Part shown: positions 31,126-41,170 of the stretch, one piece after another
Layout of the letters: every line of letters starts with the position of its first letter
Numbering within the stretch: position 1 is the stretch's first letter
Origin: an uncultured Alphaproteobacteria bacterium
GTDB lineage: Bacteria > Pseudomonadota > Alphaproteobacteria > Rhizobiales > Rhizobiaceae
NCBI GenBank assembly: GCA_963760965.1
Contig: CAVXEW010000007.1
Location: 446,483 to 510,482, forward strand
DNA: 64,000 nt
Direction: 5' to 3'
Notes under the pieces: generated by a model
Told to the model about the DNA's origin: nothing
The model's input: the letters and a program-made list of their open reading frames with translations, nothing else
The model's database searches: none
Position numbers and translations under genes: made by a program

Positions 31126-32394
31126 GTGAACCATTTCGAATATCGCGACGGCGTGCTCCACGCCGAAGACGTGGCGATCCCCGAGATCGCCGAAACCGTC
31201 GGCACCCCCTTCTACTGCTATTCGACGGCGACGCTGGCGCGTCACTACAAGGTCTTCGCCGACGCTTTTTCCGACATCGACGCGCTCGTCTGCTACGCGA
31301 TGAAGGCGAACTCGAACCAGGCCGTCCTGCGGACGCTCGCCAGGCTCGGCGCCGGTGCGGACGTGGTCTCGGAAGGCGAACTGCGGCGGGCTCTCGCCGC
31401 CGGCATACCGCCCGCGAAGATCATGTTTTCCGGGGTAGGCAAGACCGCGGGGGAGATGGACGCCGCGCTAGCCGCCGGCATCCACTGCTTCAACGTCGAA
31501 TCGGAACCCGAACTCGAACTCCTGAGCAGGCGCGCCGAGACTGCCGGCAAGACCGCGCCGGTGTCCTTTCGCATCAATCCGGACGTCGATGCTCGGACCC
31601 ATGCGAAGATCTCGACAGGCAAGAAGGAAGACAAGTTCGGAATCTCCTGGCAGCGGGCGCGCGCAGTGTACCAGCGCGCAGCCGAACTGCCCGGCATAGA
31701 GGTCGTCGGCATCGATATGCATATCGGCAGCCAGATCACGGATCTGCAGCCCTACGACGACGCCTTTCGCCTGCTCCGGGAACTGGTGGCGATGCTCAGG
31801 GAGGACGGCCACGCGATCCGGCACGTCGACCTCGGCGGCGGCCTCGGCATTCCCTACCGCACCGACAACGCGGCTCCTCCGCTGCCCTCCGAATATGCCG
31901 GTATCGTCAGGAGACACGTGGCCGACCTGGACTGCCAGGTGATCTTCGAACCCGGGCGACTGATCGCGGGCAACGCGGGCATTCTCGTGACGAGCGTGCT
32001 CTACGTGAAGGACGGCGGTTCGAGGACCTTCGTCATCGTCGACGCCGCGATGAACGACCTCGTTCGGCCGACCCTTTACGAGGCCTACCACGAGATTTCG
32101 CCGGTCACCATTTCCGCGGCGAGCGCCCCTCGCATCCGCGCCGACGTGGTCGGTCCGGTCTGTGAAAGCGGCGACTACCTCGCGAAGGACCGGGACATGC
32201 CAACGCCGAGGCCCGGCGACCTGCTCTCCATCGGAACGGCCGGCGCCTACGGAGCCGTGCAGGCCGGCACCTACAACACGCGTCCCCTGGTGCCCGAGAT
32301 ACTGGTGGACGAGGGCCGCTTCGCAGTGGTTCGCCGCCGTCCCACCTATGACGAGATCATCGCGCTGGACGTCGTCCCCGACTGGCTCACCTGA
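31126..32394 (+). CDS. lysA: diaminopimelate decarboxylase
   Basis: 422 aa, GTG start. PLP region YAMKANSNQAVL, plus HIGSQ and the C-terminal GAYG motifs. Confidence 0.95.
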   Translation: MNHFEYRDGVLHAEDVAIPEIAETVGTPFYCYSTATLARHYKVFADAFSDIDALVCYAMKANSNQAVLRTLARLGAGADVVSEGELRRALAAGIPPAKIMFSGVGKTAGEMDAALAAGIHCFNVESEPELELLSRRAETAGKTAPVSFRINPDVDARTHAKISTGKKEDKFGISWQRARAVYQRAAELPGIEVVGIDMHIGSQITDLQPYDDAFRLLRELVAMLREDGHAIRHVDLGGGLGIPYRTDNAAPPLPSEYAGIVRRHVADLDCQVIFEPGRLIAGNAGILVTSVLYVKDGGSRTFVIVDAAMNDLVRPTLYEAYHEISPVTISAASAPRIRADVVGPVCESGDYLAKDRDMPTPRPGDLLSIGTAGAYGAVQAGTYNTRPLVPEILVDEGRFAVVRRRPTYDEIIALDVVPDWLT

Positions 32395-32511
32395 CCGGAA
32401 GGCTCCGCTCCGACGGATCTTCCCGCCGCGCAGAAATGTCGCAGGCGGCCTCGCCTTCGCCGCAAAGAATGCTATCCTTCTGCTGTTGAAGGCGCCAGGA
32501 GTTTTCCGCGC

Positions 32512-35115
32512 ATGGCCGTCCCGAAGGCGGATGACCAGAAACCCGCTTCCGCAAGCATCGCCGCGCGGCTGAAGGCCGCGATCGCGCGCAAGCGCGGCGT
32601 CATGCGGGCCGTTGTCGTCACTGAACGCATCTGGCCCCTGCTGGTGCCCGTTCTCTGCGTTGCGGCGCTGTTCGCTTCCTTGTCCTGGTTCGGCTTCTTC
32701 CATGCTGTGCCGCTCTGGCTGCACGTCGCTGCGCTCGCGCTTCTGCTTGCGGGACTACTGTGGGCGCTGTCCGGCCTGCGCACCTTCCGCTGGCCGGACG
32801 GCGACGCGATCGACCGCCGCCTTGAGCGCGTCAACCGTATCGAGCATCAGGCGCTCGCCGTGCAGGACGACCGCCTCGAGAACGAGACCGGCTTCTCTCG
32901 TGCGCTTTGGCTCGAGCACCGGCGCCGCATGGCCGAGCGAATCGCGGACCTGAGAACCGGCATGCCCGAGCCGGACACGCCGAGGCGGGATCCCTACGCG
33001 CTACGCGCCCTGGTCGTGCTGCTGTTCGTCACCGCCTTCGCCTATTCCCATTCGAACCGCGCAGGTTTCCTCGGAGACGCGCTGTCTTTCTCGGTGTCCG
33101 GCGCCCCCGCCGCACCTGTCCGCATCGACGCCTGGGTGACGCCGCCCGCCTACACCGGCCGCGCGCCGATCTTCCTCACCCGCGCCGAAGGCGACGTGCC
33201 CGATTCCCTGTCGCTTCCCGCCGGCAGCGAGGTCACCGTCCGCATCAGCGGAGGAGATGCCCCGCGGGTGACATACCGGAGCGGCGAAGACGCCTCCGGC
33301 CGGGCAATCGAGCCCGCCGGCGCGGCAGAACCGCAGCAGCACGTCTCGGCCGGCGGCGAGAGAGCCGCGTCGCGGACATACCGCTTCAAACCGGCCGCCG
33401 ACGGCAGACTCGCGATTGCGGAAGGATCCGCCGAGAAGGGATGGAGCTTCACCGTCATCCCCGACAAGAAGCCCACCATTGCATTTGCCGGCGAGCCGAA
33501 GAGCACGGTCAACGGCGCACTCGAACTCAGCTATACCGTTGCAGACGACTACGGAATAGAGAAGGCTCGCGCCGTCATCGTTCCGGCAGATCCGCCGGGC
33601 AGGGATGCCCACCCGCTTTACGGCCCGCCCGAATTTCCCCTGAGCCTGCCGGGCGGCGGCGCCCGCTCCGGCAAGATGACGACCAACCGGGACCTGACCG
33701 ATCATCCGCTGGCCGGCCGGCGGGTCAGGATCACCCTGGTCGCGACGGACGGCGCCGGCCAGGAAGGCCGCAGCAAGACCATCGTTACCCGGTTGCCGGA
33801 AAGGCATTTCTCCAACCCGCTGTCCCGCGCCGTCATCGAGCAGCGCCAGACATTCGCTCTCGACACCAACAGGCTGCAGCGCGCCATCGATCTGGCCGAT
33901 GCGCTGATGACCGCTCCGGAAGAGACGATCGCGAACCCGTCGCACTTCCTGCTTCTGAAGACCGCCCGGGAGCGCATGGCACTGGCGCGCAACGACGACA
34001 TGCTCCGGGATGCCGCCGACTATCTCTGGCAGATTGCCCTCGGCCTCGAGAACGGCGACCTGTCGCTCGCCCAGCAGCGCCTTCGGGATGCCCAGCGCGC
34101 ACTTTCCGAAGCGCTGAAGAACAATGCCTCGGATGCCGAGATCCAGCGCCTTATGAAGGAGCTGCGCCAGGCAATGAACGATTTCATGAAGGAAATGGCC
34201 AAGCAGGCCATGAAGAATCCAGGGCAGACGATTCCCGACAACATGAAGAATGTCCTGCGGCAGCAGGATCTGGAACGCATGATGAACCAGATCGAGAACC
34301 TTGCGCGATCGGGCCAGCGGCAGCAGGCCGAACAGTTGCTGTCCCAGTTGCAGCAGATGATGAATAACCTGCAGGCAGGCCGCACCCAGCGCGGCCAGCA
34401 GTCCAGCGGGCCGATGCGCCAGCAGATGGACAAGCTTGGCGAGTTGCTCCGCCAGCAACAGCAGCTCATGAACCAGACCTATCAGCTCAACCAGCAACTG
34501 CAGGACCAGTTGCAGCAGAGCGAAAGGCAGCAGCAGGGCGAACAAGGCAAGCAGGGCCAGCAGGACCAGCAGGGCCAGCAGAGCCAGAACGGCAGGCCAT
34601 TGACCGCCGAGCAGCTTCGCCAGGCACTCAAGGAGTTGCGGCGCCAGCAGCAGAGCCTGCGCGATCAGCTCGGGCAATTGCAGCAGAGCCTGAAAGGTCT
34701 CGGCATCAAGCCCGGCAAGGGCTTTGGCGACGCCGACAAGGCAATGGGGAACGCGACCGGCGCCCTCGGCAAGGGCGAAGGCGAGCGCGCCTTGGGCGAG
34801 CAGGGCCGTGCCCTGCAGGCGCTGCGGCAGGGCGCACAGGACATGATGAGCCAGATGATGCAGGCCATGGGCCAGCGCGATGGGCAAGGCCAGGGCCAGC
34901 CCCGTGGCGACCGGATGGGCCGCAACGACCGCGATCCGCTCGGCCGGCCACGATCGACGTCAGGACCCGATTTCGGCGATCAGGTCAAGGTGCCCGACGA
35001 AATCGACATCCAGCGCGCCCGCGAAATACTCAACCAGATCCGCAAGCGGCTGGGCGACGCGCTGAGCCCGGCGCTCGAGAAGCAGTATCTCGAGCGACTG
35101 CTCGACATGAGGTAG
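32512..35115 (+). CDS. TIGR02302/DUF4175-type large membrane protein
   Basis: 867 aa. N-terminal TM segments, a long Q-rich coiled C-terminal half, and the conserved tail DEIDIQRAREILNQIRKRL. Position after lysA matches the usual Rhizobiales synteny as I recall it. Confidence 0.7.
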   Translation: MAVPKADDQKPASASIAARLKAAIARKRGVMRAVVVTERIWPLLVPVLCVAALFASLSWFGFFHAVPLWLHVAALALLLAGLLWALSGLRTFRWPDGDAIDRRLERVNRIEHQALAVQDDRLENETGFSRALWLEHRRRMAERIADLRTGMPEPDTPRRDPYALRALVVLLFVTAFAYSHSNRAGFLGDALSFSVSGAPAAPVRIDAWVTPPAYTGRAPIFLTRAEGDVPDSLSLPAGSEVTVRISGGDAPRVTYRSGEDASGRAIEPAGAAEPQQHVSAGGERAASRTYRFKPAADGRLAIAEGSAEKGWSFTVIPDKKPTIAFAGEPKSTVNGALELSYTVADDYGIEKARAVIVPADPPGRDAHPLYGPPEFPLSLPGGGARSGKMTTNRDLTDHPLAGRRVRITLVATDGAGQEGRSKTIVTRLPERHFSNPLSRAVIEQRQTFALDTNRLQRAIDLADALMTAPEETIANPSHFLLLKTARERMALARNDDMLRDAADYLWQIALGLENGDLSLAQQRLRDAQRALSEALKNNASDAEIQRLMKELRQAMNDFMKEMAKQAMKNPGQTIPDNMKNVLRQQDLERMMNQIENLARSGQRQQAEQLLSQLQQMMNNLQAGRTQRGQQSSGPMRQQMDKLGELLRQQQQLMNQTYQLNQQLQDQLQQSERQQQGEQGKQGQQDQQGQQSQNGRPLTAEQLRQALKELRRQQQSLRDQLGQLQQSLKGLGIKPGKGFGDADKAMGNATGALGKGEGERALGEQGRALQALRQGAQDMMSQMMQAMGQRDGQGQGQPRGDRMGRNDRDPLGRPRSTSGPDFGDQVKVPDEIDIQRAREILNQIRKRLGDALSPALEKQYLERLLDMR

Positions 35116-35136
35116 CTCCCCGGATCGGTCTCCCCG

Positions 35137-35496
35137 TCAGGCCGCCAGTGCCGTGGAGACGGCCGTGCGGATGTCCGGCAGCGTGAACGGCTTGTCGATG
35201 ACGTCGATGACGATCCTGTTCAGGTCGTCGGCGCGCTCTCGCTGGTCGGCGAAGCCGGTCATCAGCAGGATCTTGACCCTGGGGAACTCTCCGGCCGTGC
35301 GGCGCGCCAGCTCGATTCCGTCCATCATCGGCATCCGGATGTCCGACAGCAGGAGATCGTAGCCGCCGCTACGCAGTTTGGTCAGCCCCTCCTCGCCGTC
35401 GCCAGCCTCGGCGGTCTCGTGGCCATCCAGACGAAGGGCCCGCGCGACGAACCCGCGCAGCACCTCCTCGTCCTCGGCAATCAGAATGCGTGCCAT
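35137..35496 (-). CDS. cpdR: single-domain response regulator, CpdR-like
   Basis: 119 aa: MARILIAEDEE...LLLSDIRMPMMDGIELARR...ILLMTGFA...DKPFTLPDI. Layout closely parallels Caulobacter CpdR. Confidence 0.75.
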   Translation of the reverse strand: MARILIAEDEEVLRGFVARALRLDGHETAEAGDGEEGLTKLRSGGYDLLLSDIRMPMMDGIELARRTAGEFPRVKILLMTGFADQRERADDLNRIVIDVIDKPFTLPDIRTAVSTALAA

Positions 35497-35645
35497 CGTT
35501 TTCTCCGTCTTGGCGCGAGTCATGGCGGCGCCGTGGCCGCCAGCGAAATCCCCTGCATGCCCCGTTCCGGTCCATCGGTCGGAGAGTGCCGTCCCTGGGC
35601 CCGTGCCAGATTGAACACGGGATTGGTTTGTGTCGGGTAAACGGA

Positions 35646-36188
35646 TTATGCGTCGCCTGCGACCACGCCAACGAAAGGCAGTTCGCGAAAGGCGTAGGAG
35701 ACGTCCATCCCGTAGCCGACGACGAAATAGTCGGGACATTCGAATCCGACGAAATCGGCGTCGAGCGCACCCTCCCGTCTCGATCTCTTGTCGAGCAGCA
35801 CCGCGATCGATACGCTGCCGGCGCCGCGTTCCAGCATCAGGTCGCGTGCGAAGCGGAGTGTGTTGCCGGATTCGAGGATGTCGTCGATCAGGAGCACATC
35901 TCGTCCCATCACGTCCGAATCGATATCCTTTATGATCTTGACGCCCCGGCTTTCCGTGCCCTTGCCGTAGCTCGACAGCGTGATGAACTCCACTTCCGGC
36001 GCAAGGCCCGCAGCGTGCAGGGCACGGATCAGGTCGGCGGCGAAAATGAAGGAACCCTTCAGGATGGAGATCACCAGCAGGTCCCGTTGCGGACGGGCGG
36101 CGATCTCCGAGGCGAGCGCCAGGTTGCGGGCGGCGATCTGGTCGGCCGAAAACAGGACCTCGATGTTCTTTCCGCGAACGACGGGCAT
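35646..36188 (-). CDS. hpt: hypoxanthine phosphoribosyltransferase
   Basis: PRPP motif VLLIDDILESGNTL and the YFVVGYGMDV tail. 180 aa from MPVVRGKNIEVLF. Confidence 0.92.
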   Translation of the reverse strand: MPVVRGKNIEVLFSADQIAARNLALASEIAARPQRDLLVISILKGSFIFAADLIRALHAAGLAPEVEFITLSSYGKGTESRGVKIIKDIDSDVMGRDVLLIDDILESGNTLRFARDLMLERGAGSVSIAVLLDKRSRREGALDADFVGFECPDYFVVGYGMDVSYAFRELPFVGVVAGDA

Positions 36189-36285
36189 GGGCTTTTCCTG
36201 TGAAGACGGCGTTGGCTGATGGCTCGTCGACGCGGACATCGCGCCACGGCCGTTCAATGACCGATACGAACGGCTAGTTCAACTC

Positions 36286-37029
36286 CTAACGGCCGATTTC
36301 CCCGAACCGGCCGGCCTGCGCGCTGTTGTCGATGAAGGTGACGTCAACCGCCGGCGCTTGTCCTGCACCGATGGGCAGCCGCGCCCGGAAGCCGGTCGAA
36401 GCACCGGCGGCGAGCACCGGATCTGCCGTCCGGATCGCGACGGGACTCTCGCCGGCAGCCGTTCGAATTCCGATCGGAGGGATCGTTCGTCGCGCTGCAG
36501 TCCTGTTCGTCACGCTCCCGTCGATGATGGCGACACGCATTCCGTCGATCGTGCCAAGGCGCGTCGAGACACCCGAAATCACCAGTGGCGCGCCTTTCCC
36601 GGTTGTCCGGCCGGCGAGCCCTGCATAGACGGCATGTCCGCCGAAGCTCCAGAAGCTCAGTGCGCAGAGGCCGGCAAGGCTCGCGACGAAGAGGTGCGAA
36701 GGCTTTCCAGGGCGGCCGGCGGCGAGCCGCGACAGCCAGGCGAGCAGCTTGCGGCCGTCGTTCCCCCGCCTTCCGGCGGTCACCGGAACTGATTCGTCCT
36801 CCTGCGGCACTTTCGACGTAATGTCCTCGAATTCCGCCTCGATGATGTGCATGTCGGAAAAGACGGGACGGAAACGGGTCGCATGGGGACGCGGATGATC
36901 GGGTGCGATGATGTCTGCAATCGCAGGAGTCTCGGCATCCGGGCGTCTGCTGTGCCGGGTTGCGGCCATCCTGTCCTCCGTTTCCCGTGCACCTGGCGGC
37001 GCCGGCGATCTCCGTCGGTACTGCATCAC
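36286..37029 (-). CDS. hypothetical membrane protein (start may be 36969)
   Basis: Single TM (SHLFVASLAGLCALSFWSFGG) followed by a beta-rich domain. My impression is a DUF3426-like C-terminus, but without the N-terminal zinc ribbon often present upstream of ftsE. Confidence 0.5.
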   Translation of the reverse strand: MMQYRRRSPAPPGARETEDRMAATRHSRRPDAETPAIADIIAPDHPRPHATRFRPVFSDMHIIEAEFEDITSKVPQEDESVPVTAGRRGNDGRKLLAWLSRLAAGRPGKPSHLFVASLAGLCALSFWSFGGHAVYAGLAGRTTGKGAPLVISGVSTRLGTIDGMRVAIIDGSVTNRTAARRTIPPIGIRTAAGESPVAIRTADPVLAAGASTGFRARLPIGAGQAPAVDVTFIDNSAQAGRFGEIGR

Positions 37030-37064
37030 CCCTTGATCGGATCCTTTCGCAGACGTAAACGCGA

Positions 37065-37132
37065 ATGGTTAACAAATCACCAAGATACCGATGCGAACAC
37101 GCGCTGTCGGCCAGAAATTAACTGCGTCTTAA
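37065..37132. promoter_or_regulatory. CtrA-type binding motifs in the divergent hypothetical/ftsE promoter region
   Basis: Perfect TTAA-N7-TTAA (TTAACTGCGTCTTAA, 37118-37132), 74 nt upstream of the ftsE start. TTAACCAT 8-mer on the minus strand (37065-37072). Confidence 0.45.
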
Positions 37133-37205
37133 AGCTGTTCGGCAAGGCTGGCAGCGGCGCCCTGGAAAGGCCTGCGCCGCTCATTTCATTCACGGGACAA
37201 GCCAC

Positions 37206-37865
37206 TTGATCCACTTCGAAAATGTCGGATTGCGCTACGGCATGGGGCCGGAGATCCTGCGCGACCTGACCTTCGACATTCCGGCACGCTCGTTCCAGTT
37301 CCTGACCGGTCCGTCGGGCGCCGGCAAGACGACCATGCTGAGACTGCTGTTCATGTCGCTGAAGCCGACGCGCGGCCTGATCACCATGTTCGATCGCGAC
37401 ATCTCGGTGGTCCCCAATGCCGACCTGCCGATGCTGCGACGGCGGATAGGCATCGTCTTCCAGGACTTCCGGCTGCTCGATCACCTGACGACCTACGAGA
37501 ACGTGGCACTGCCCCTCAGGGTGCGTGGCAAGCCGGAAGCGAGCTACCGCAGCGACGTCCTGGAACTGCTGAAGTGGGTCGGCCTGGGCGAAAGGGTCAA
37601 TGTCCTGCCGCCGGTCCTTTCAGGTGGCGAGAAGCAGCGCGCCGCGATCGCCCGGGCGCTGATCGACCAGCCCGAGATCCTGCTTGCGGACGAGCCGACG
37701 GGCAATGTAGACCCACCGATGGCGCGGCGGCTGCTGAAGCTCTTCCTCGAACTCAACCGGCTCGGAACCGCGGTCGTCATCGCCACGCACGACCTCGCGT
37801 TGATGGACCAGATCGACGCTCGCCGCATGATCCTGCACCAGGGACGCCTCGATATCTATGACTGA
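37206..37865 (+). CDS. ftsE: cell division ATP-binding protein FtsE
   Basis: TTG start giving MIHFENVGLRYG. Walker A GPSGAGKTT, signature LSGGEKQR, Walker B ILLADEPTGN. Confidence 0.92.
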   Translation: MIHFENVGLRYGMGPEILRDLTFDIPARSFQFLTGPSGAGKTTMLRLLFMSLKPTRGLITMFDRDISVVPNADLPMLRRRIGIVFQDFRLLDHLTTYENVALPLRVRGKPEASYRSDVLELLKWVGLGERVNVLPPVLSGGEKQRAAIARALIDQPEILLADEPTGNVDPPMARRLLKLFLELNRLGTAVVIATHDLALMDQIDARRMILHQGRLDIYD

Positions 37866-38862
37866 CACCAGTCGGACAACCGGGAGCCGAACGACGCCGG
37901 CCGCGCGGCGCCCGGCTGGCCCGCGCCTGCGCCCGACGGCGCCGATCGTGCCGCCGGCAAACATCTCCGGCAACGCCCTCATGCTCGTGATCGCCATCAT
38001 GTCGTTCCTCGCCTGCCTGACGCTCGGCGCCGTGACGATGATCCGCGCGAGCGCCGCCACCTGGGAAAGCCAGATCTCTCGCGAGATCACGATCCAGATC
38101 AAGCCGGCAGAGGGACTGGACATGGATGCCGCGCTCGAGAAGGCGCGCGCGATTGCGCTCGATTTTTCCGGTGTCACGGGCGCCAGCATCATGGACAAGA
38201 ACGCGACCGCCCGGCTGCTCCAGCCCTGGCTCGGCTCCGGCCTCGACATCGACGAGCTTCCGGTGCCGCGCCTCGTCGTGGCGACGATCGACGAATCGGC
38301 CCCGCCGGACTTCGCCTCCCTGCGTGCGGAACTGCAGAAGAAGATCCCGGAGGCCTCCCTCGACGACCATCGCACGTGGGTCGGGCGGCTCGTCTCGATG
38401 GCCGAGACCACAGTCCTGATCGGCATGGGCGTTCTCGCGCTCGTCTTCACGGCGACTGTACTGACCGTGGTGTTCGCGACCCGCGGCGCAATGTCCGGCA
38501 ACCGGCATATCGTCGAGGTTCTGCATTTCGTCGGCGCCGAATCGCGCTTCGTCGCAGCCGAGTTCGAGCGCCATTTCCTGATGATCGGGTTGAAGGGAGC
38601 CTTCGCAGGTGGCGCGCTCGCAGCCATATGCTTCGCCGTCGCCGGCGTCTGGCAGCAGATGGAGACGGCGACGCCGGGCAGCGATCAGGTCAGTGCTCTT
38701 TTCGGCCGCTTCGCGCTCGGCTTCTGGGGATATGTCGGCATTCTCGTCATAGTCGGCTTCGTCGGCGGCATGACGGCTCTCACAACCCGCTTCACGGTCA
38801 TCCGCACGATCCACGAGATCGACGCGGAACGCGCGGCGGCAGGATCCGGAGAAATGCTGTGA
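37858..38862 (+). CDS. ftsX: cell division permease FtsX-like
   Basis: Overlaps the ftsE stop by 8 nt. One N-terminal TM, a periplasmic domain, then three C-terminal TMs. Confidence 0.85.
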   Translation: MTDTSRTTGSRTTPAARRPAGPRLRPTAPIVPPANISGNALMLVIAIMSFLACLTLGAVTMIRASAATWESQISREITIQIKPAEGLDMDAALEKARAIALDFSGVTGASIMDKNATARLLQPWLGSGLDIDELPVPRLVVATIDESAPPDFASLRAELQKKIPEASLDDHRTWVGRLVSMAETTVLIGMGVLALVFTATVLTVVFATRGAMSGNRHIVEVLHFVGAESRFVAAEFERHFLMIGLKGAFAGGALAAICFAVAGVWQQMETATPGSDQVSALFGRFALGFWGYVGILVIVGFVGGMTALTTRFTVIRTIHEIDAERAAAGSGEML

Positions 38863-38918
38863 AGGCTCCGCAGAGGACCCATCTAGTGCTCGCCGTATTC
38901 CCGGTGTAATCATCGCCC

Positions 38919-39659
38919 ATGCCGACCGAGAACCCTTCCCTGAAAGAGACCGGTGGCGAGGTTCCGGCGTCGGGACGCGAGCGATCGAAGCGTTCGCGGC
39001 GGCTTGCGCTTCTCGCCAGCCTGATCGGCATCCTCATGCTGTTCGGCCTCGCCGGCTTCGTCGCAGGCTTTCTCAACTTCGCGGAGCGTGTCGTCGAGTT
39101 GAAGGTCCCGGACAGATCGGTGAAGGGCGATGCGATCGTGGTCCTCACCGGCGGCCAGCAGCGCATCGAGCACGCGCTCGATCTACTGCGCAGCGGCGCT
39201 GCCCGGCGCCTCCTCATATCCGGCGTCAATCCCACCACGACCGGCAACGAGATCCGCCATCTGACGAAGAGTTCCAAATCTCTCTTCGAATGCTGCGTCG
39301 ACATTGGCCACGATGCCATCGACACCATCGGAAACGCCTACGAGACCTCCCGATGGATCGGCAGGAACGGCTACAAGCGTGTCTTCCTGGTGACCAACAA
39401 CTACCACATGCCGCGCAGCCTGCTCGAATTGCGCCGGGTGGACCCCAAGACAGACTTCATCCCCTATCCCGTGATCAACAACGACCTGAAGTCGCGCAAC
39501 TGGCTGCACGAGCCTCCCGTCGTGCGCCGGCTGGTGACGGAATACGTGAAGTACACCCTTGCAAGCATGCGAGCCTGGATGGGGCCGCCGGCAGACCGGG
39601 GACTCCGGACCGCCCGAACGCGTGAACAGGACGCGCGCCTGATGCAGGACAGGCAGTGA
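38919..39659 (+). CDS. YdcF/ElyC/SanA family (DUF218) protein
   Basis: TM anchor then AIVVLTGGQQRIEHALDLL...LLISG...DTIGNAYETSRW...VFLVTNNYHMPRSL. Confidence 0.8.
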   Translation: MPTENPSLKETGGEVPASGRERSKRSRRLALLASLIGILMLFGLAGFVAGFLNFAERVVELKVPDRSVKGDAIVVLTGGQQRIEHALDLLRSGAARRLLISGVNPTTTGNEIRHLTKSSKSLFECCVDIGHDAIDTIGNAYETSRWIGRNGYKRVFLVTNNYHMPRSLLELRRVDPKTDFIPYPVINNDLKSRNWLHEPPVVRRLVTEYVKYTLASMRAWMGPPADRGLRTARTREQDARLMQDRQ

Positions 39660-39778
39660 ACGCCTGCAGGTTTCGCCGCCCGAAGGTTCCCCTTTGCCAT
39701 GCGATGGTGTAACGCAGGACGCCGGTGACGGGCAGTCGCCGGCCAGGTGCAACATCGGACAAGACCATCGACTTCCGC

Positions 39779-40582
39779 ATGACCGCCCTACGCTCCCTCC
39801 TTTTCAACCTGGCGTTCTATGTCAACCTCGTCGCCCGGATGATCGTGCTGAGCCCCGTCTTCTTCCTGGCGGAGCGCCGGAAGGCCTGGAAGGTTCCCAA
39901 GAACTGGGTGCGCTCGAACCACTGGCTGCAAGCGAAGATCGCCGGTACGACCTTCGAGATCGAGGGACTGGAGAACATCCCGGAAGGCGGCTACATCTTC
40001 GCGCCGAAGCACCAGTCCTTCTGGGACGCCTATGCGCTCCTGCCCTGGCTCGACGACCCGGTCTACATCCTGAAGCGCGAACTGACGTGGATTCCGCTGT
40101 TCGGCTGGTACATCCGGAAGATGCGCATGATCCCCGTCGATCGCGGCGCTCGCGGCAAGGTGATGGCGGCCGTGCTCGAGCGGGCCAAGACGGAAATGAA
40201 GAATGGCCGGCAACTGATCATCTATCCCGAGGGAACGCGACGCTCGCCCGGTGCGCCGGCCGACTACAAGTTCGGCATCGCCCGCATCTACGCCGACCTC
40301 GACGTTCCCGTCGTGCCGGTGGCGATGCATCCGGGGCTCTTCTGGCCAAGGCGAAAGTTCCTGCGTTTCCCCGGTCACTTCAAGGTGAAGATCCTGCCGC
40401 CGATACCCGCCGGTCTCGGCCGCGATGCATTCTTCAGGCGGCTGATCGCCGAAACCGAGGCTGCCAGCGACCAGCTGCTGGTCGAGACGGTCCGCGCCAA
40501 CCCGCACCTGCCCCTGCCCGAGAGCACCGCGAAGCGGCTGGCCGAGATCAGTCGGTCCGAGCCCCGGCAGGAACGCGCCTGA
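39779..40582 (+). CDS. plsC: 1-acyl-sn-glycerol-3-phosphate acyltransferase
   Basis: HXXXXD motif PKHQSFWDA and the IYPEGTRR motif. ATG at 39779 preferred over the upstream GTG at 39725. Confidence 0.85.
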   Translation: MTALRSLLFNLAFYVNLVARMIVLSPVFFLAERRKAWKVPKNWVRSNHWLQAKIAGTTFEIEGLENIPEGGYIFAPKHQSFWDAYALLPWLDDPVYILKRELTWIPLFGWYIRKMRMIPVDRGARGKVMAAVLERAKTEMKNGRQLIIYPEGTRRSPGAPADYKFGIARIYADLDVPVVPVAMHPGLFWPRRKFLRFPGHFKVKILPPIPAGLGRDAFFRRLIAETEAASDQLLVETVRANPHLPLPESTAKRLAEISRSEPRQERA

Positions 40583-41099
40583 GCCCCGCGGCGACATGTT
40601 CGAGCCAGTGATCCCGTATGTCCATCTGCCGAAGATGCTCGATCGTGTTGAAGACGTACTCCTCGTTGGGCCCGGAGCGCCCGACCGATCCCCTGATCGC
40701 GGCGACGGCCTCGTCCGCCGAAAGCGCCCCCGCGTACTGGACGTGCGAGCGGTCGACCACATAGGTGACGGCCCTGACGGTGCGACCGTCGCCCAGGCGG
40801 GCCGGAACCGTCCGTTCCGCATAGACGTTCGTCACCAGCTCCCGCTCCCTCAGATAGGCCATGACCGCTTCGTGCTTCTCGCCGGCAACCCTGAAGACCA
40901 TGCCGCGGCAAGAGCCCCCATAGTCGAGGCCGAGGACAAGGCCTGGTCGCTCGGGCGTCCCCCTGTGGACGTAGGAGCGGACGCAGAGCGAGCGGCGGAA
41001 CCCGAAGGCCCGGGCAGCATCGGCCTCGAGATAGTCGAAGCCCGGCCGCCACATCAGGGAGCCGTATCCGAAGACCCAAAAATCGTCCATATCCGTCAT
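40548..41099 (-). CDS. gamma-glutamylcyclotransferase, ChaC family
   Basis: MTDMDDFWVFGYGSLMWRPGF (YGSL motif). 183 aa. Confidence 0.8.
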   Translation of the reverse strand: MTDMDDFWVFGYGSLMWRPGFDYLEADAARAFGFRRSLCVRSYVHRGTPERPGLVLGLDYGGSCRGMVFRVAGEKHEAVMAYLRERELVTNVYAERTVPARLGDGRTVRAVTYVVDRSHVQYAGALSADEAVAAIRGSVGRSGPNEEYVFNTIEHLRQMDIRDHWLEHVAAGLRRVPAGARTD

Positions 41100-41170
41100 G
41101 AAAGTCCGCACCTTCCGCTCGCGGGCGCACAATTGGAGATCGAAATGAAGACGTCAACAGGTGACGACCG

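Noticed and set aside
34315-34700. Periodic CAG/CAA-rich DNA that might be mistaken for a tandem repeat or CRISPR-like array.
   Set aside because: It lies inside a continuous ORF and encodes a Q-rich coiled segment. It has no repeat-spacer architecture and no exact repeat unit.
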